A stretch of 41,612 bases of DNA, taken from Patescibacteria group bacterium. Its GTDB lineage: Bacteria; Patescibacteriota; Minisyncoccia; Phycocordibacterales; SBAW01. A model generated the notes under the pieces. It did not search any database, had not been told where the DNA came from, and saw only the letters and a program-made list of their open reading frames with translations. Shown here in pieces: positions 1 through 9,064 of this stretch. A program made the translations under genes and the position numbers. The first letter of the stretch is position 1. Every line of letters starts with the position of its first letter. The stretch is from assembly GCA_028866155.1 (NCBI GenBank), contig JAGWIT010000003.1:1-41612 (forward strand), given 5' to 3'.

Positions 1-1
1 A

Positions 2-364
2 GCAATAATTGCAACCGCAAAGAATATTTCATATGCGCTCGGCGGCAACTCTCCTACTCGCGTATACGTTGAGGATATAGGATCGCAAGGCATCATTACT
101 GACCTACTCAAAGCACAAGGGATTCCCGCAAAACCCTTTCCCGTACGCGGTCAGACTAAGGAAGGAAAACTGCAGGCCGTCGCGCCGCTCATCGAACTTG
201 GAAACATCATGTTCCCTGAAAAAGGAGCTGAGCGTTTGATTGAGCAACTAATTGGGTTCGGCGGCGGCGATCATGACGACTTAGTAGATGCATTTACCAT
301 GGTGATTTTGCAGCTGCTTGAAACTAGCAAAAATCGCCCTAGCATCCATTGGCTCAGTTACTGA
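2..364 (+). CDS. Phage terminase large subunit-like protein, C-terminal nuclease domain (5'-truncated by window edge)
   Basis: Open frame 2, absent from the ORF track: ...RVYVEDIGSQG...KLQAVAPLIELGNIMFP...LIEQLIGFGGGDHDDLVDAFTM...SY*. The VE and HDDxVDA motifs are typical of TerL RNase H-like nuclease domains. Confidence 0.8.
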   Translation, partial: AIIATAKNISYALGGNSPTRVYVEDIGSQGIITDLLKAQGIPAKPFPVRGQTKEGKLQAVAPLIELGNIMFPEKGAERLIEQLIGFGGGDHDDLVDAFTMVILQLLETSKNRPSIHWLSY

Positions 365-888
365 GTAGTCGTCGCAGGATGTACGAATTCCATCGGCACC
401 CAACCTGATTGGCCGATAAACTTACCGTCGAGAATGCGTACTTCACGCGTTCCCAGTCCACTATCTATGACAAGAACTTTAGTGCCGTCGGGCGCAAGGA
501 ATCCTTCGCCGTCGTAGATCATTTGGGCCATACCCATGGTGTCATTGTTTACGGCAGCTTTGGTGTAATCATCGAGCCCTTGTTTGGTCCGCATAACAGA
601 GATAGATTGCCCGTCCGATATATGCAGATATCCGTTTTGACCCTGATTCACTGATGATAAGACGGGAGTGCCCGCGATTGAGGAAGAAGAGCTACTGCTT
701 CCACCGTCCGATATTGAACTGATTACTATTATTAAAACTATAAAACCGAAGAGGCCTGCAACGATCTTTCCGCCCGTGCCCAACGCCACTCGCTTGCGGC
801 AATGAGGACAAATTTTCGCGTCCTTGGGTATTTCCGACTTGCAGTACTTGCAAATCTTAGTCTGCTTAACCGGCTGTGTATTTTCCAT
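358..888 (-). CDS. Zinc-ribbon, single-TM membrane protein with Ser-rich linker and possible SH3-like C-terminal domain
   Basis: CKYC...CPHC, a hydrophobic helix, a poly-Ser run, and a C-terminal ...VRILDG...SGWVP. Confidence 0.75.
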   Translation of the reverse strand: MENTQPVKQTKICKYCKSEIPKDAKICPHCRKRVALGTGGKIVAGLFGFIVLIIVISSISDGGSSSSSSSIAGTPVLSSVNQGQNGYLHISDGQSISVMRTKQGLDDYTKAAVNNDTMGMAQMIYDGEGFLAPDGTKVLVIDSGLGTREVRILDGKFIGQSGWVPMEFVHPATTTQ

Positions 889-902
889 AGCCTATAAAAA
901 TT

Positions 903-1195
903 ACCGAATAATAATTCGGTGGAGGCTTTGGAAAACACAAAGCCCGCCACCAGGAGGCCTTGCGGCCCTACACAAGTTTCCCTGTGTAACGCGAGCAGCG
1001 CCCTGGATGACGGGTTCTCTATGCTGCTCGCGGTTGGACGACCTTGCTCAAGAAACTCTTGAGGTTAGGTCCTTTTTATTCAATTGTGGTAATACGGTTG
1101 CCCTGTATTACTCCTTCATATTAACGCGGATATAAGGGTTTGCTAAGAGCCCAAACGACCATGCGACGAAACGGCTAATCTGCATAGCTATGCAG
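903..1195. other. Cluster of back-to-back stem-loops and palindromes (possible structured ncRNA or cis-acting element)
   Basis: Stems at 903-920, 924-944, 956-967, 969-988, 990-1032, 1040-1071 and 1089-1111, plus a perfect 16-bp palindrome CTGCATAGCTATGCAG at 1180-1195. Two stems have GNRA loops (GCAA, GAAA) on the minus strand. Confidence 0.55.
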
Positions 1196-1207
1196 GGTGG
1201 TTGGGTC

Positions 1208-1267
1208 TGACACCATTAAGACGTATGAATATACAAGCAATTGGGCAGATAGGAGTGACACCATTAA
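1208..1267 (+). repeat. 12-bp direct repeat TGACACCATTAA flanking the recombinase start
   Basis: Identical copies at 1208-1219 and 1256-1267. Confidence 0.6.
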
Positions 1268-2541
1268 TACCAGTAGAAAAAATTAGGTACGTCTTATACG
1301 CAAGAAAAAGCACCGAAACTGAAGAGCGGCAAATCTTGTCGATTGATTCGCAAGTCAAAGAAATGATGGAGTTAGCCGAGAGAGACGGCCTCGATATAGT
1401 CGAAGTACGACGCGAATCGCACTCTGCAAAAGAATCGGATCAGAGGCCAGTGTTTAAAGAATTACTCGAAGATATACGGCGTGGCAGATTCAACGGCATT
1501 CTCACATGGAATCCTGACCGCCTTAGTCGTAATGCTGGAGACCTAGGCTCTGTCGTCGATCTTATGGATCAAAAGTGCCTTATCGAAATCCGCACATACG
1601 GTCAGCAATTTAGAAATTCACCCAACGAGAAGTTCCTCCTGATGATCCTTTGTAGCCAGGCGAAGCTAGAGAATGACAACAAAAGCATCAATGTAAAGCG
1701 TGGCCTTAAAACGAGAGTAGAGATGGGCCTATGGCCTGCCCCTGCTCCAACTGGATACATAAAGGAAAAACGGAGTGATAGAAAATGCGAGACACTCATT
1801 GATCCTGAACGCGGCCATGTCATCAAACAAATTTTTGAAAAAGTGGCATACGAAAAGTGGAGCGGGCGTAAAGTATATAACTGGCTCAAATTCGATCTTA
1901 ATTTTAAAACAGGTAACGGGCATAAAAATCTCACGCTCGGTAATATTTATTTACTGCTCCAAAATCACTTCTACTACGGCGTATTTGAATACCCCAAAAA
2001 GTCAGGCCGTTGGTACAAAGGCAAACATGAGCCACTTATTACCAAGGAGCTATTCGATGCCGTACAAACCCAAGTAAAAAGCCAATTTACCAGAGTTGAA
2101 AATCAGGAATTCGCTTTTACCAAACTCATGCAATGCGGCTTATGCGGATCCGGAGTCAGTGCCGATGAGAAGTTCAAAAAACAACAAAACGGCAATGTAC
2201 ACCGTTATGTTTACTATGGGTGCACCAAAGCGCGAGACAAACACTGCAAATGCGGATATATCAACGAAGATGTCTTAATTGAGCAGTTTGTAGGATTAAT
2301 GGATACGATAGATATAAACGAGATAGGTATCAGAGAAAAGATTAGAGCGGAGGTGGAACGATTTAAAAAATTCCAACAGTCGGTACTTGGGGCCAAAGCA
2401 AAAGTGGTAATAAAAGATATCGATATCCGCAACTATGCAAAGTATCTGCTACGCGAGGGTGGAGCAGTAGAAAAGCGTGAGTTGCTATCTTGTCTTAAGA
2501 GTAAAATCCTTCTCAAGGAAAAAGTAATTACACTTGGATAA
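1225..2541 (+). CDS. Large serine recombinase (resolvase + recombinase + Zn-ribbon), apparently intact
   Basis: YARKS catalytic motif, DRLSRN, APTGY, HEPLITKELF, CGLCG...YYGC. ATG at 1225 preferred over TTG at 1201. Confidence 0.93.
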   Translation: MNIQAIGQIGVTPLIPVEKIRYVLYARKSTETEERQILSIDSQVKEMMELAERDGLDIVEVRRESHSAKESDQRPVFKELLEDIRRGRFNGILTWNPDRLSRNAGDLGSVVDLMDQKCLIEIRTYGQQFRNSPNEKFLLMILCSQAKLENDNKSINVKRGLKTRVEMGLWPAPAPTGYIKEKRSDRKCETLIDPERGHVIKQIFEKVAYEKWSGRKVYNWLKFDLNFKTGNGHKNLTLGNIYLLLQNHFYYGVFEYPKKSGRWYKGKHEPLITKELFDAVQTQVKSQFTRVENQEFAFTKLMQCGLCGSGVSADEKFKKQQNGNVHRYVYYGCTKARDKHCKCGYINEDVLIEQFVGLMDTIDINEIGIREKIRAEVERFKKFQQSVLGAKAKVVIKDIDIRNYAKYLLREGGAVEKRELLSCLKSKILLKEKVITLG

Positions 2542-2555
2542 AAATAGTAAAGTTA

Positions 2556-3779
2556 CTATTCGTATCGCAATGCTTCAATGGGGTTGAGATTGGCCGCGCG
2601 GCGTGCTGGAAAATACCCAAAGACAATGCCGATGCCTGCAGAAACGCCGACCGCGAGAAGCACCGAGGACGTAGTGACTGTCGCGGTCAAAAGTCCTGTC
2701 AGCGTCACTGCATATGAAATAAGATATCCGAGCACCACTCCTATAATGCCACCCACCATAGTAAGCGCCACGGCCTCAGCAAGAAATTGCATGCTGATAT
2801 CCCGTTTTTTTGCGCCTATCGCTTTGCGTAGACCGATCTCTTTTGTTCTCTCGGTGACCGTAGTGAGCATCATATTCATGATGCCGATACCCCCCACAAT
2901 GAGAGAGATGGACGCAATGGCCGCAAGCAAATACGTAAGGATGGTTGTTATGCTTGAAAGCGTTGATGAGAGGCTGGCTTGGCTTTGAATATTGAAGTCT
3001 GCTTTTGTAGAGTCGGTTATATTGTGCCTCTTGAGCAACAGGCTCGTTATCCCATCTTGCACTGATTGCGAGACATCCGCGCTCGCAGCCTCCACGGCAA
3101 TGGAACTCACAAATTGGTTGCCGGTAATCATCTGTTGTGCGGTGGAGAGGGGAATATATGCGGCACTATCAGGATTGGTGAATCCCGAGCCTCCTTTTGC
3201 TTTGGTAACGCCTATTACCGTGAATTCAAGATTATTAAAACGGACCGTCTGCCCGATAGCTTCCGCACCTACTCCAAAAAGATCCTGACTTAAGGTCGGC
3301 CCTAGCACCACCACCCTAGAAAGACTTTGGTTATTCTTATCAGAGATAAATGACCCTTCCTGCATTTCTACATTGTGGACCGTTGCATAGACCGACTGTA
3401 CTCCATATATAGAGCTATTGGAGTTAGCGTTGGCGGCAACAATCTGTTGATTGCTGCTTACCTCCGGAGAAACATTTGCCACTCCCGACACACGATCTTG
3501 TATCGCGGTAGCATCAGCGACCGTCAAACTCTGCGCCGACCCTGCACTGCCTCTCACCTGGGTGCCTGGCCCCCTCGCTGCACCAGCCGAAACAGTCAGA
3601 AGATTCGAACCAAGACCCTGGATACTCGATTGGATTGAACTGCTCGTACCGTTGCCAACTGCAAGCATCACAATGACCGACATAATACCAATAACAATAC
3701 CAAGCACCGTGAGCCCCGAGCGTGATTTGTTGCTCAGGAGTGCAGCCGCAGTCTCTCGATATAAATTTTTGATGGTCAT
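2556..3779 (-). CDS. MacB/FtsX-family ABC transporter permease
   Basis: GIVIGIMSV, periplasmic domain, GGIGIMNMML..VTERTKEIGLRKAIGA, C-terminal PIEALRYE. Confidence 0.93.
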   Translation of the reverse strand: MTIKNLYRETAAALLSNKSRSGLTVLGIVIGIMSVIVMLAVGNGTSSSIQSSIQGLGSNLLTVSAGAARGPGTQVRGSAGSAQSLTVADATAIQDRVSGVANVSPEVSSNQQIVAANANSNSSIYGVQSVYATVHNVEMQEGSFISDKNNQSLSRVVVLGPTLSQDLFGVGAEAIGQTVRFNNLEFTVIGVTKAKGGSGFTNPDSAAYIPLSTAQQMITGNQFVSSIAVEAASADVSQSVQDGITSLLLKRHNITDSTKADFNIQSQASLSSTLSSITTILTYLLAAIASISLIVGGIGIMNMMLTTVTERTKEIGLRKAIGAKKRDISMQFLAEAVALTMVGGIIGVVLGYLISYAVTLTGLLTATVTTSSVLLAVGVSAGIGIVFGYFPARRAANLNPIEALRYE

Positions 3780-4489
3780 AGTAGTGCGTGATCGACAACT
3801 TTTTGTTTAGTGTTCTTTTTGTCCTCGATGATGAGCCCGTCTTTAATTGAAATGACTCGATCGGCGTGGTGTGCAATATCGGAATCATGAGTGATGAGTA
3901 TAATGGTGGCCCCATGCTCCTTATTGAGCTGCTGGAAGGTCCCCAGGACAATCTCTCCCGTTTTTGAATCAAGGTTTCCTGTGGGCTCGTCCGCCATGAT
4001 GACCGAGGGGTTATTGACGAGTGAGCGAGCTATTGCGACGCGCTGTATCTGTCCTCCTGAAAGCTGGTTTGATTTAAAATTCCACCGCTCCTCTGGAAGT
4101 CCGGCGGCACGCAGAGCTTGTGCAGCTCTTCCGTCATGCTCCGCATCTGGCACGCCTGAATATACGAGCGGTAGTGTTACGTTGCGCATAACAGTTGTAC
4201 GAGACAAGAGATTGAATGATTGAAATACAAACCCTATCTGATTCGATCGTACATCGGCGAGCTGGTTGTCGGAAAGTTTTGACACGTCCCGACCATCGAG
4301 AAAATAACTCCCTGAGGTTGGTGTATCGAGACAACCCAAAATATGCATCAGAGTGGATTTGCCAGAACCCGAAGGGCCGGTGATGGCAACAAATTCGCCG
4401 TCCTCAATCTTGAAGGACACACCCTTTAAAACGGTGGTTTCCTCATCGCCATTCTTGTATACTTTTGTAATATTTTTGCATTCAATCAT
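3776..4489 (-). CDS. ABC transporter ATP-binding protein (MacB/LolD-like)
   Basis: Walker A GPSGSGKS, LSGGQ signature, Walker B ADEPTGNLD, H-loop ITHD. Confidence 0.95.
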   Translation of the reverse strand: MIECKNITKVYKNGDEETTVLKGVSFKIEDGEFVAITGPSGSGKSTLMHILGCLDTPTSGSYFLDGRDVSKLSDNQLADVRSNQIGFVFQSFNLLSRTTVMRNVTLPLVYSGVPDAEHDGRAAQALRAAGLPEERWNFKSNQLSGGQIQRVAIARSLVNNPSVIMADEPTGNLDSKTGEIVLGTFQQLNKEHGATIILITHDSDIAHHADRVISIKDGLIIEDKKNTKQKVVDHALL

Positions 4490-4498
4490 GGGAGTAGA

Positions 4499-6169
4499 TT
4501 ACGCTCCGGGGCCGGAGAGTAATCCTCCCGAAGCTGCTTTAGTAGCGCCGGTCACTGTGTGCGTCACTATGAGTTCGCCTTCGGTAAGCCCTGAAGTGAT
4601 GACGGTGTTTTTATTGTCCGAGTCTCCAATCTGGACAGAGACGCTTTTGGGCGCAGTGGTGAGAGAAATCGTTGCACCATCGGCAGCGCCGGAGACACCG
4701 TCGAGCACCAGTACATTCGAGTTTGAACCCACACTTGTTACGGCTGAATTCGGCACCAATAGGACACCTACATCTTTGCCAACCGCGATCGTTACTGAAA
4801 CACTCATACCTGGCTTCACACCCTGATCACTCGCATCGAATGCAATCTTTGCATTGTAACTCACGACTCCTTGCGTCACGGTGCCAATGGTATCTATCTG
4901 GGCGACCGTGCCTGTTGCCGTTACGCCCGGCAATGCATTAAAGGTAACCTTTGCTGTTTGTCCGATCTTGACCTGAGCGGCATCAACTTCATTCAGCGAA
5001 ATCTTGGCGATTTGCTGTTTGGTGATAATACTTGCCACGACAGTATTTGTATCCACGACGGCACCCACCGAAACATTTACCGCAGCAACCACGCCGCTGA
5101 AAGGAGCTCTGATAAAACTCTGGTCGTACGTATTCTGTGCCGCCTGCAAAGCAGCCTTACTATTGTCGAGTGAGGCTTGTGCGCTTGCGATGTCCTCCGA
5201 ACGCGCTGGGGCCGTGGTCTGTGCAAGCGACGCGTTACTTTGTGCAAGAGATGACTGTGCAGTCGTAACTTGTTGCAGCGCAGATTGTACCGCACTAATA
5301 TCGGACATAATGGTTGATCGGCCAGAATTAATTGATCCTGTATAGGTTGCCGCTGAAGAGCTGTTTGTCTCGTAAGTAGTGAGGTCAGATAAAATATCAT
5401 TAAGATACTGAAGAATAGTATTGAGATTATTCGTGCTTACCGAAGAAAGTGTTGTTAAGTCGCCTGTCGCATCCGCAGTGCCGATACTGCTATTCCATTG
5501 AGGTAGCAGCGCATTTATTTGTTCTCTTTCATTAACGATATTTATAACTAATTGGCTATTGGTTGAATTCGAGTTTGAAACACCGTATTTAGGGTTTATT
5601 GTATTTGGATTGCTAAATAATGCATTGGTGTCAGTGGTTACTACTGAAGATGCGTCGTTGTATGAGGACGATATTTTGCTGAGCAATGATTGTTTTGCAT
5701 TGGTGAGAGAAGTCTGACTCGAGCTTACGGCGGATTGAGAAACTGCGATACTTTGTACGGTCGCTCCACTTACGACTTTGTCGTAGCTAGCTTGGGCGCT
5801 TTCGACGTTTGCCTGCGCCTGTTTGAGCTGAGTAAGAGCGCTTGCATTCCCTATAACCGCTATAAGTTGGTTGGTGACGACCTTATCTCCCTGCTTCACG
5901 TCTACTGCTGTAATAGTCGAAGCTGATTGAGTGGTGCCCTGCGGCTTAAGATCCACCTGATTTTCCGCTTCTACTTGGCCCGTGCCATTGACGGTAAGCA
6001 CGAGGTCCCCCTTGGTTACGGTGCCCACTACATAACTTGTTGCAGATGAGCCGCCAAATACTGTTTTATATCCAAAAAATAATACGATAATAAGAAACAC
6101 TCCCGCAAAAACTGCGGCAACTTGATGGGTCTTTATCCAAATAATAAGCTTCGTGTATATATTTTTCAT
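4499..6169 (-). CDS. MacA/HlyD-like efflux periplasmic adaptor subunit
   Basis: N-terminal TM, lipoyl-like halves (VKQGDKV; IRAPFSGVV), long helical hairpin, KPGMSV, LLVPNSAV; operonic with the ABC genes. Confidence 0.9.
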   Translation of the reverse strand: MKNIYTKLIIWIKTHQVAAVFAGVFLIIVLFFGYKTVFGGSSATSYVVGTVTKGDLVLTVNGTGQVEAENQVDLKPQGTTQSASTITAVDVKQGDKVVTNQLIAVIGNASALTQLKQAQANVESAQASYDKVVSGATVQSIAVSQSAVSSSQTSLTNAKQSLLSKISSSYNDASSVVTTDTNALFSNPNTINPKYGVSNSNSTNSQLVINIVNEREQINALLPQWNSSIGTADATGDLTTLSSVSTNNLNTILQYLNDILSDLTTYETNSSSAATYTGSINSGRSTIMSDISAVQSALQQVTTAQSSLAQSNASLAQTTAPARSEDIASAQASLDNSKAALQAAQNTYDQSFIRAPFSGVVAAVNVSVGAVVDTNTVVASIITKQQIAKISLNEVDAAQVKIGQTAKVTFNALPGVTATGTVAQIDTIGTVTQGVVSYNAKIAFDASDQGVKPGMSVSVTIAVGKDVGVLLVPNSAVTSVGSNSNVLVLDGVSGAADGATISLTTAPKSVSVQIGDSDNKNTVITSGLTEGELIVTHTVTGATKAASGGLLSGPGA

Positions 6170-6360
6170 GATTTCTTTATACGTCGCACCACTTCGTCTG
6201 ACTTTAGTATAACCACGCCACTAACATCTCGATCGCTCATGATTACCACACGGGTACCAGGTTTCCAGCCAAGGCTTATCCGGGCCTCAGATGGAATGAC
6301 CACCTGGCCCTTGGCGTTCAGCACCGCTGTTCCATAGATTTTGGATATCGAAGATGTCAT
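6166..6360 (-). CDS. AbrB/MazE/SpoVT-family DNA-binding protein
   Basis: KGQVVIPSEARISLGWKPG motif; first gene of the efflux operon. Confidence 0.85.
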   Translation of the reverse strand: MTSSISKIYGTAVLNAKGQVVIPSEARISLGWKPGTRVVIMSDRDVSGVVILKSDEVVRRIKKS

Positions 6361-6368
6361 GCAAATAC

Positions 6369-6397
6369 TAATACATACTTGTAGTACTTTTATTACA
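6369..6397 (-). promoter_or_regulatory. Putative ECF-sigma promoter TGTAATA-N15-TGTATTA (efflux operon)
   Basis: Same motif and 15-nt spacing recur at 7532-7560, 8915-8943 and 8956-8984. Confidence 0.7.
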
Positions 6398-6503
6398 TGT
6401 TGATCAAAATATACTGTATTAGAGCCCCAGTATGGGCTGGGTTGAGGATTTTAACGCGGCGAGAATTAATCCGGTTAGCAATCGCGGGGGTGTACCACCC
6501 TCC

Positions 6504-7217
6504 TCATGGAGTATAGCTCGTGCCCTGCATGCTGTTTACGAGCTTGATAGTGGCTGGACCGAATATGCCAGAACCTTGCGTAAGTCCATTAGGGGTTAGA
6601 ATATCTGCTGCGTGTGCATTCTGAAAGCGAATCAGGGCTTTCTTTGTACCGCTTCCAAAATAGGTGGTTTCATTACCGATTGAACCAGTACCGCTTGTAG
6701 CAATAATGAAGCCGTTGGAATTAAGGAAGACCTGAAGCGCTTTGACATCTGCCCCGGTCATGCCTTGTTTAAGTGTCCGCGTGAATACAGTTTGAGATGT
6801 AGTAGTTCGCGAATTTTGTTGAATCGTAGGTCGAGTGCTCGACGCGATACCTTGAGGCCTTGGTCCAATGCCGTCATGGATTGATGTTGCTGCAATATTC
6901 GTACCACTTACTGTTCCTTCAATCATAACAATGTCACCTACAGAGATGTCGGATAGGGACGCGCTGAGATTACTCTTAGTTACTGTAGCGCCAGATGCAT
7001 TAATGGTATACGTGGTCGCTGAAGTATTTTGTCCGAACGCCATGCTCTGCACCGTGAGAATCGTGCCATTTATAGACAAAACGGTCCCGACAACTCCAGG
7101 AGGCATTCCACCATTTTGTGGAAATGAGGTCTGGGCAAAAGCGATACCACCAATAAATAGAGATCCAAGGACTGCACTACCCGTAAGGAATCTTAAGAGA
7201 GTATTCCTGATATTCAT
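6504..7217 (-). CDS. Secreted DUF5666-like protein with C-terminal peptidoglycan-binding domain
   Basis: Signal peptide; GTVLSINGT..LTV...VGDIVMIEG; LKQGMTGADVKALQVFLN...YFGSGTKKALIRFQ...GIFGPAT. Confidence 0.85.
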   Translation of the reverse strand: MNIRNTLLRFLTGSAVLGSLFIGGIAFAQTSFPQNGGMPPGVVGTVLSINGTILTVQSMAFGQNTSATTYTINASGATVTKSNLSASLSDISVGDIVMIEGTVSGTNIAATSIHDGIGPRPQGIASSTRPTIQQNSRTTTSQTVFTRTLKQGMTGADVKALQVFLNSNGFIIATSGTGSIGNETTYFGSGTKKALIRFQNAHAADILTPNGLTQGSGIFGPATIKLVNSMQGTSYTP

Positions 7218-7233
7218 ATTTTAGTTAATCGCT

Positions 7234-7479
7234 TTACTGAGTAACTGGGCCTCCTGTTTGACCTTGGTTGGTAGGCGCTGGTTGAGAGCCTTGTTGCGGT
7301 ACGCCCTGACCGTGTGAGGTCGGGTTAAATCCGCCTTGACGCATAGAGCCAGGTGGCATGCCGCCGGGACCCGGTCTGCCAAAACCAGAAAAAATAACAA
7401 AAACAAGTGCGAGGAACAGCACGATCGTCGCAAAAAAGAATTTGACGCTATGCTTCTGTGAGAACTCTCTTATTGTCAT
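7234..7479 (-). CDS. Small single-TM protein with Gly/Pro/Gln-rich tail
   Basis: Hydrophobic segment, operonic position, ECF-type motif upstream. Confidence 0.65.
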   Translation of the reverse strand: MTIREFSQKHSVKFFFATIVLFLALVFVIFSGFGRPGPGGMPPGSMRQGGFNPTSHGQGVPQQGSQPAPTNQGQTGGPVTQ

Positions 7480-7531
7480 ATGTAGTTAAATAGACAGTTA
7501 TTAAATAAGGAGAAAATACCCCTTGTTTAAG

Positions 7532-7560
7532 TAATACACTTAGGGTTTTGAATTATTACA
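7532..7560 (-). promoter_or_regulatory. Putative ECF-sigma promoter TGTAATA-N15-TGTATTA
   Basis: Exact match of both boxes to the 6369-6397 copy. Confidence 0.7.
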
Positions 7561-7577
7561 TACGCCTTACGACAGTC

Positions 7578-8333
7578 TTACATTCCGCCTGGGATACTAG
7601 GTGGTGGGGGTAGATCATTAGCATTCTTAATATCTTGCGCTTGAATCTTTCCATCTATCATTTTTCCTTGAATAAAAATCCTATCTCCGACTTTTTCTTG
7701 AACTATTATCTGGCCAGAAGGCACCATGACCGTCACGGCAGTCGTAGTACTAGTATCCATCGGATTCAAGAGTGCTATAACCAGCGTGTCGCCCTCGATG
7801 CTGGTTATTGTCCCGAGAAAGATACCGTGCCCTGGCGGCGGCAACCTTCGGGCATTTTCGTACAAATTTCCAAAGGGCGGGGGTAAATGCTTTTGATCAG
7901 CTTGTCGCAAAAGCATGTCGTGCAAGGGTGTCTTGTCTATCACAAAACCCGATACCGACATTACAAAGATTACGCCTCCCAAAAGATAGAGTACAGGAAC
8001 CTTGTAACCAAATTTAAACGACCTAAGCAGGTACTGAAGAAGTATGATCAAACCAATTTCCAAGGTAGAAAGCCCCCAAGGGAATAGGAAGAGAAAGACT
8101 TGCCAACCCGCTGGACCGAAACCAATGAGAGAAGCTTGTCCGCTCGCCCGTATGGTAAAAAGAATGAAACTTGAGAGAAAAACCGATACTACAAGCACCG
8201 CAACCACAACAAGTATAAATGCGGCAAATCGCAGCCTAAAATATGTCTTTGGCGTAAGGGTCAGTTCATTCTTCCTGATCTTCTCAAGAATGTTCTGAAT
8301 CTTGTCTTGCGGTATAGGCTGTTTATTGTTCAT
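7578..8333 (-). CDS. Membrane protein (about 3 TM plus DUF5666-like domain), probable anti-sigma factor
   Basis: Overlaps the ECF sigma stop; three hydrophobic segments; C-terminal GTITSIEGDTLV...VGDRIFIQG. Confidence 0.7.
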   Translation of the reverse strand: MNNKQPIPQDKIQNILEKIRKNELTLTPKTYFRLRFAAFILVVVAVLVVSVFLSSFILFTIRASGQASLIGFGPAGWQVFLFLFPWGLSTLEIGLIILLQYLLRSFKFGYKVPVLYLLGGVIFVMSVSGFVIDKTPLHDMLLRQADQKHLPPPFGNLYENARRLPPPGHGIFLGTITSIEGDTLVIALLNPMDTSTTTAVTVMVPSGQIIVQEKVGDRIFIQGKMIDGKIQAQDIKNANDLPPPPSIPGGM

Positions 8334-8898
8334 AATCCATGTTCATTTTTTTATAAATTTTCCGTAAGGCATCCTTTCCTCGGAGTACCCGCACTGCTAC
8401 CGTACCAGTTGGAATCTGAAGAATGTCCGATATTTCTTTATAACTTAGACCTTCAAGATAGTGAAGAATTATGACTTCTCGGCACTTAGGAGTTAGCTTT
8501 TCTAACCCTTGATCTATCATTTTCTTCATTATCTCGTGATCTCGCTCCTCCACTGCCGGATCTTCGTACGTCATATGAGAGACGAAGGTATCAAGATCGA
8601 GCCCTAAGACGGCGCTGCGCTGCTGGCGCTTCAGTCCGTTGACGAACGCGTTGTGAGCAATTCGGTATATCCACGAAGAGAATTTTAATGACGTGTCAAA
8701 ATTATTTATATTTTGAAAAGCGCTAATAAAAACATCCTGCACTATATCCTCTATATTTTCTTTTTCTGACAAGAATTTTCTACCGTATCGTGAAAGTTTT
8801 TTATCATACCGAGTCATGAGAAGACCATATTTTTCCTTGTCTCCTCCTTGGATAAGCAAAACTATCTGCTCATCGGTAAGTGATGGGAGGTCGTCCAT
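8323..8898 (-). CDS. ECF-type RNA polymerase sigma-70 factor
   Basis: EDIVQDVF, FSSWIYRIAHN (region 2) and LSYKEISDILQIPTGTV (region 4). Confidence 0.95.
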   Translation of the reverse strand: MDDLPSLTDEQIVLLIQGGDKEKYGLLMTRYDKKLSRYGRKFLSEKENIEDIVQDVFISAFQNINNFDTSLKFSSWIYRIAHNAFVNGLKRQQRSAVLGLDLDTFVSHMTYEDPAVEERDHEIMKKMIDQGLEKLTPKCREVIILHYLEGLSYKEISDILQIPTGTVAVRVLRGKDALRKIYKKMNMDYEQ

Positions 8899-8914
8899 AC
8901 CTAAAGTCTACACT

Positions 8915-8943
8915 ATATACATCCCTCACTATGTATTATTACA
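8915..8943 (-). promoter_or_regulatory. Putative autoregulatory ECF promoter TGTAATA-N15-TGTATAT
   Basis: Directly upstream of the sigma gene; same spacing as the other copies. Confidence 0.68.
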
Positions 8944-8955
8944 TTTAACGACTAA

Positions 8956-8984
8956 TGAAATAATGTTGCGTGCCTGGTGTAGTA
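8956..8984 (+). promoter_or_regulatory. Putative ECF promoter TGAAATA-N15-TGTAGTA (divergent)
   Basis: Variant of the same motif upstream of 9065. Confidence 0.6.
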
Positions 8985-9064
8985 GTTACTGAGGGGCGAA
9001 GAAGGAGATGGCCACTGCACTTCAATTGCCCAGAATAAAAAATTACTACTAACAATTAAACAAC

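Noticed and set aside
824-1135. 103-aa plus-strand ORF over the hairpin region
   Set aside because: TTG start inside the opposite-strand gene, no motif, and the region is better explained by secondary structure.
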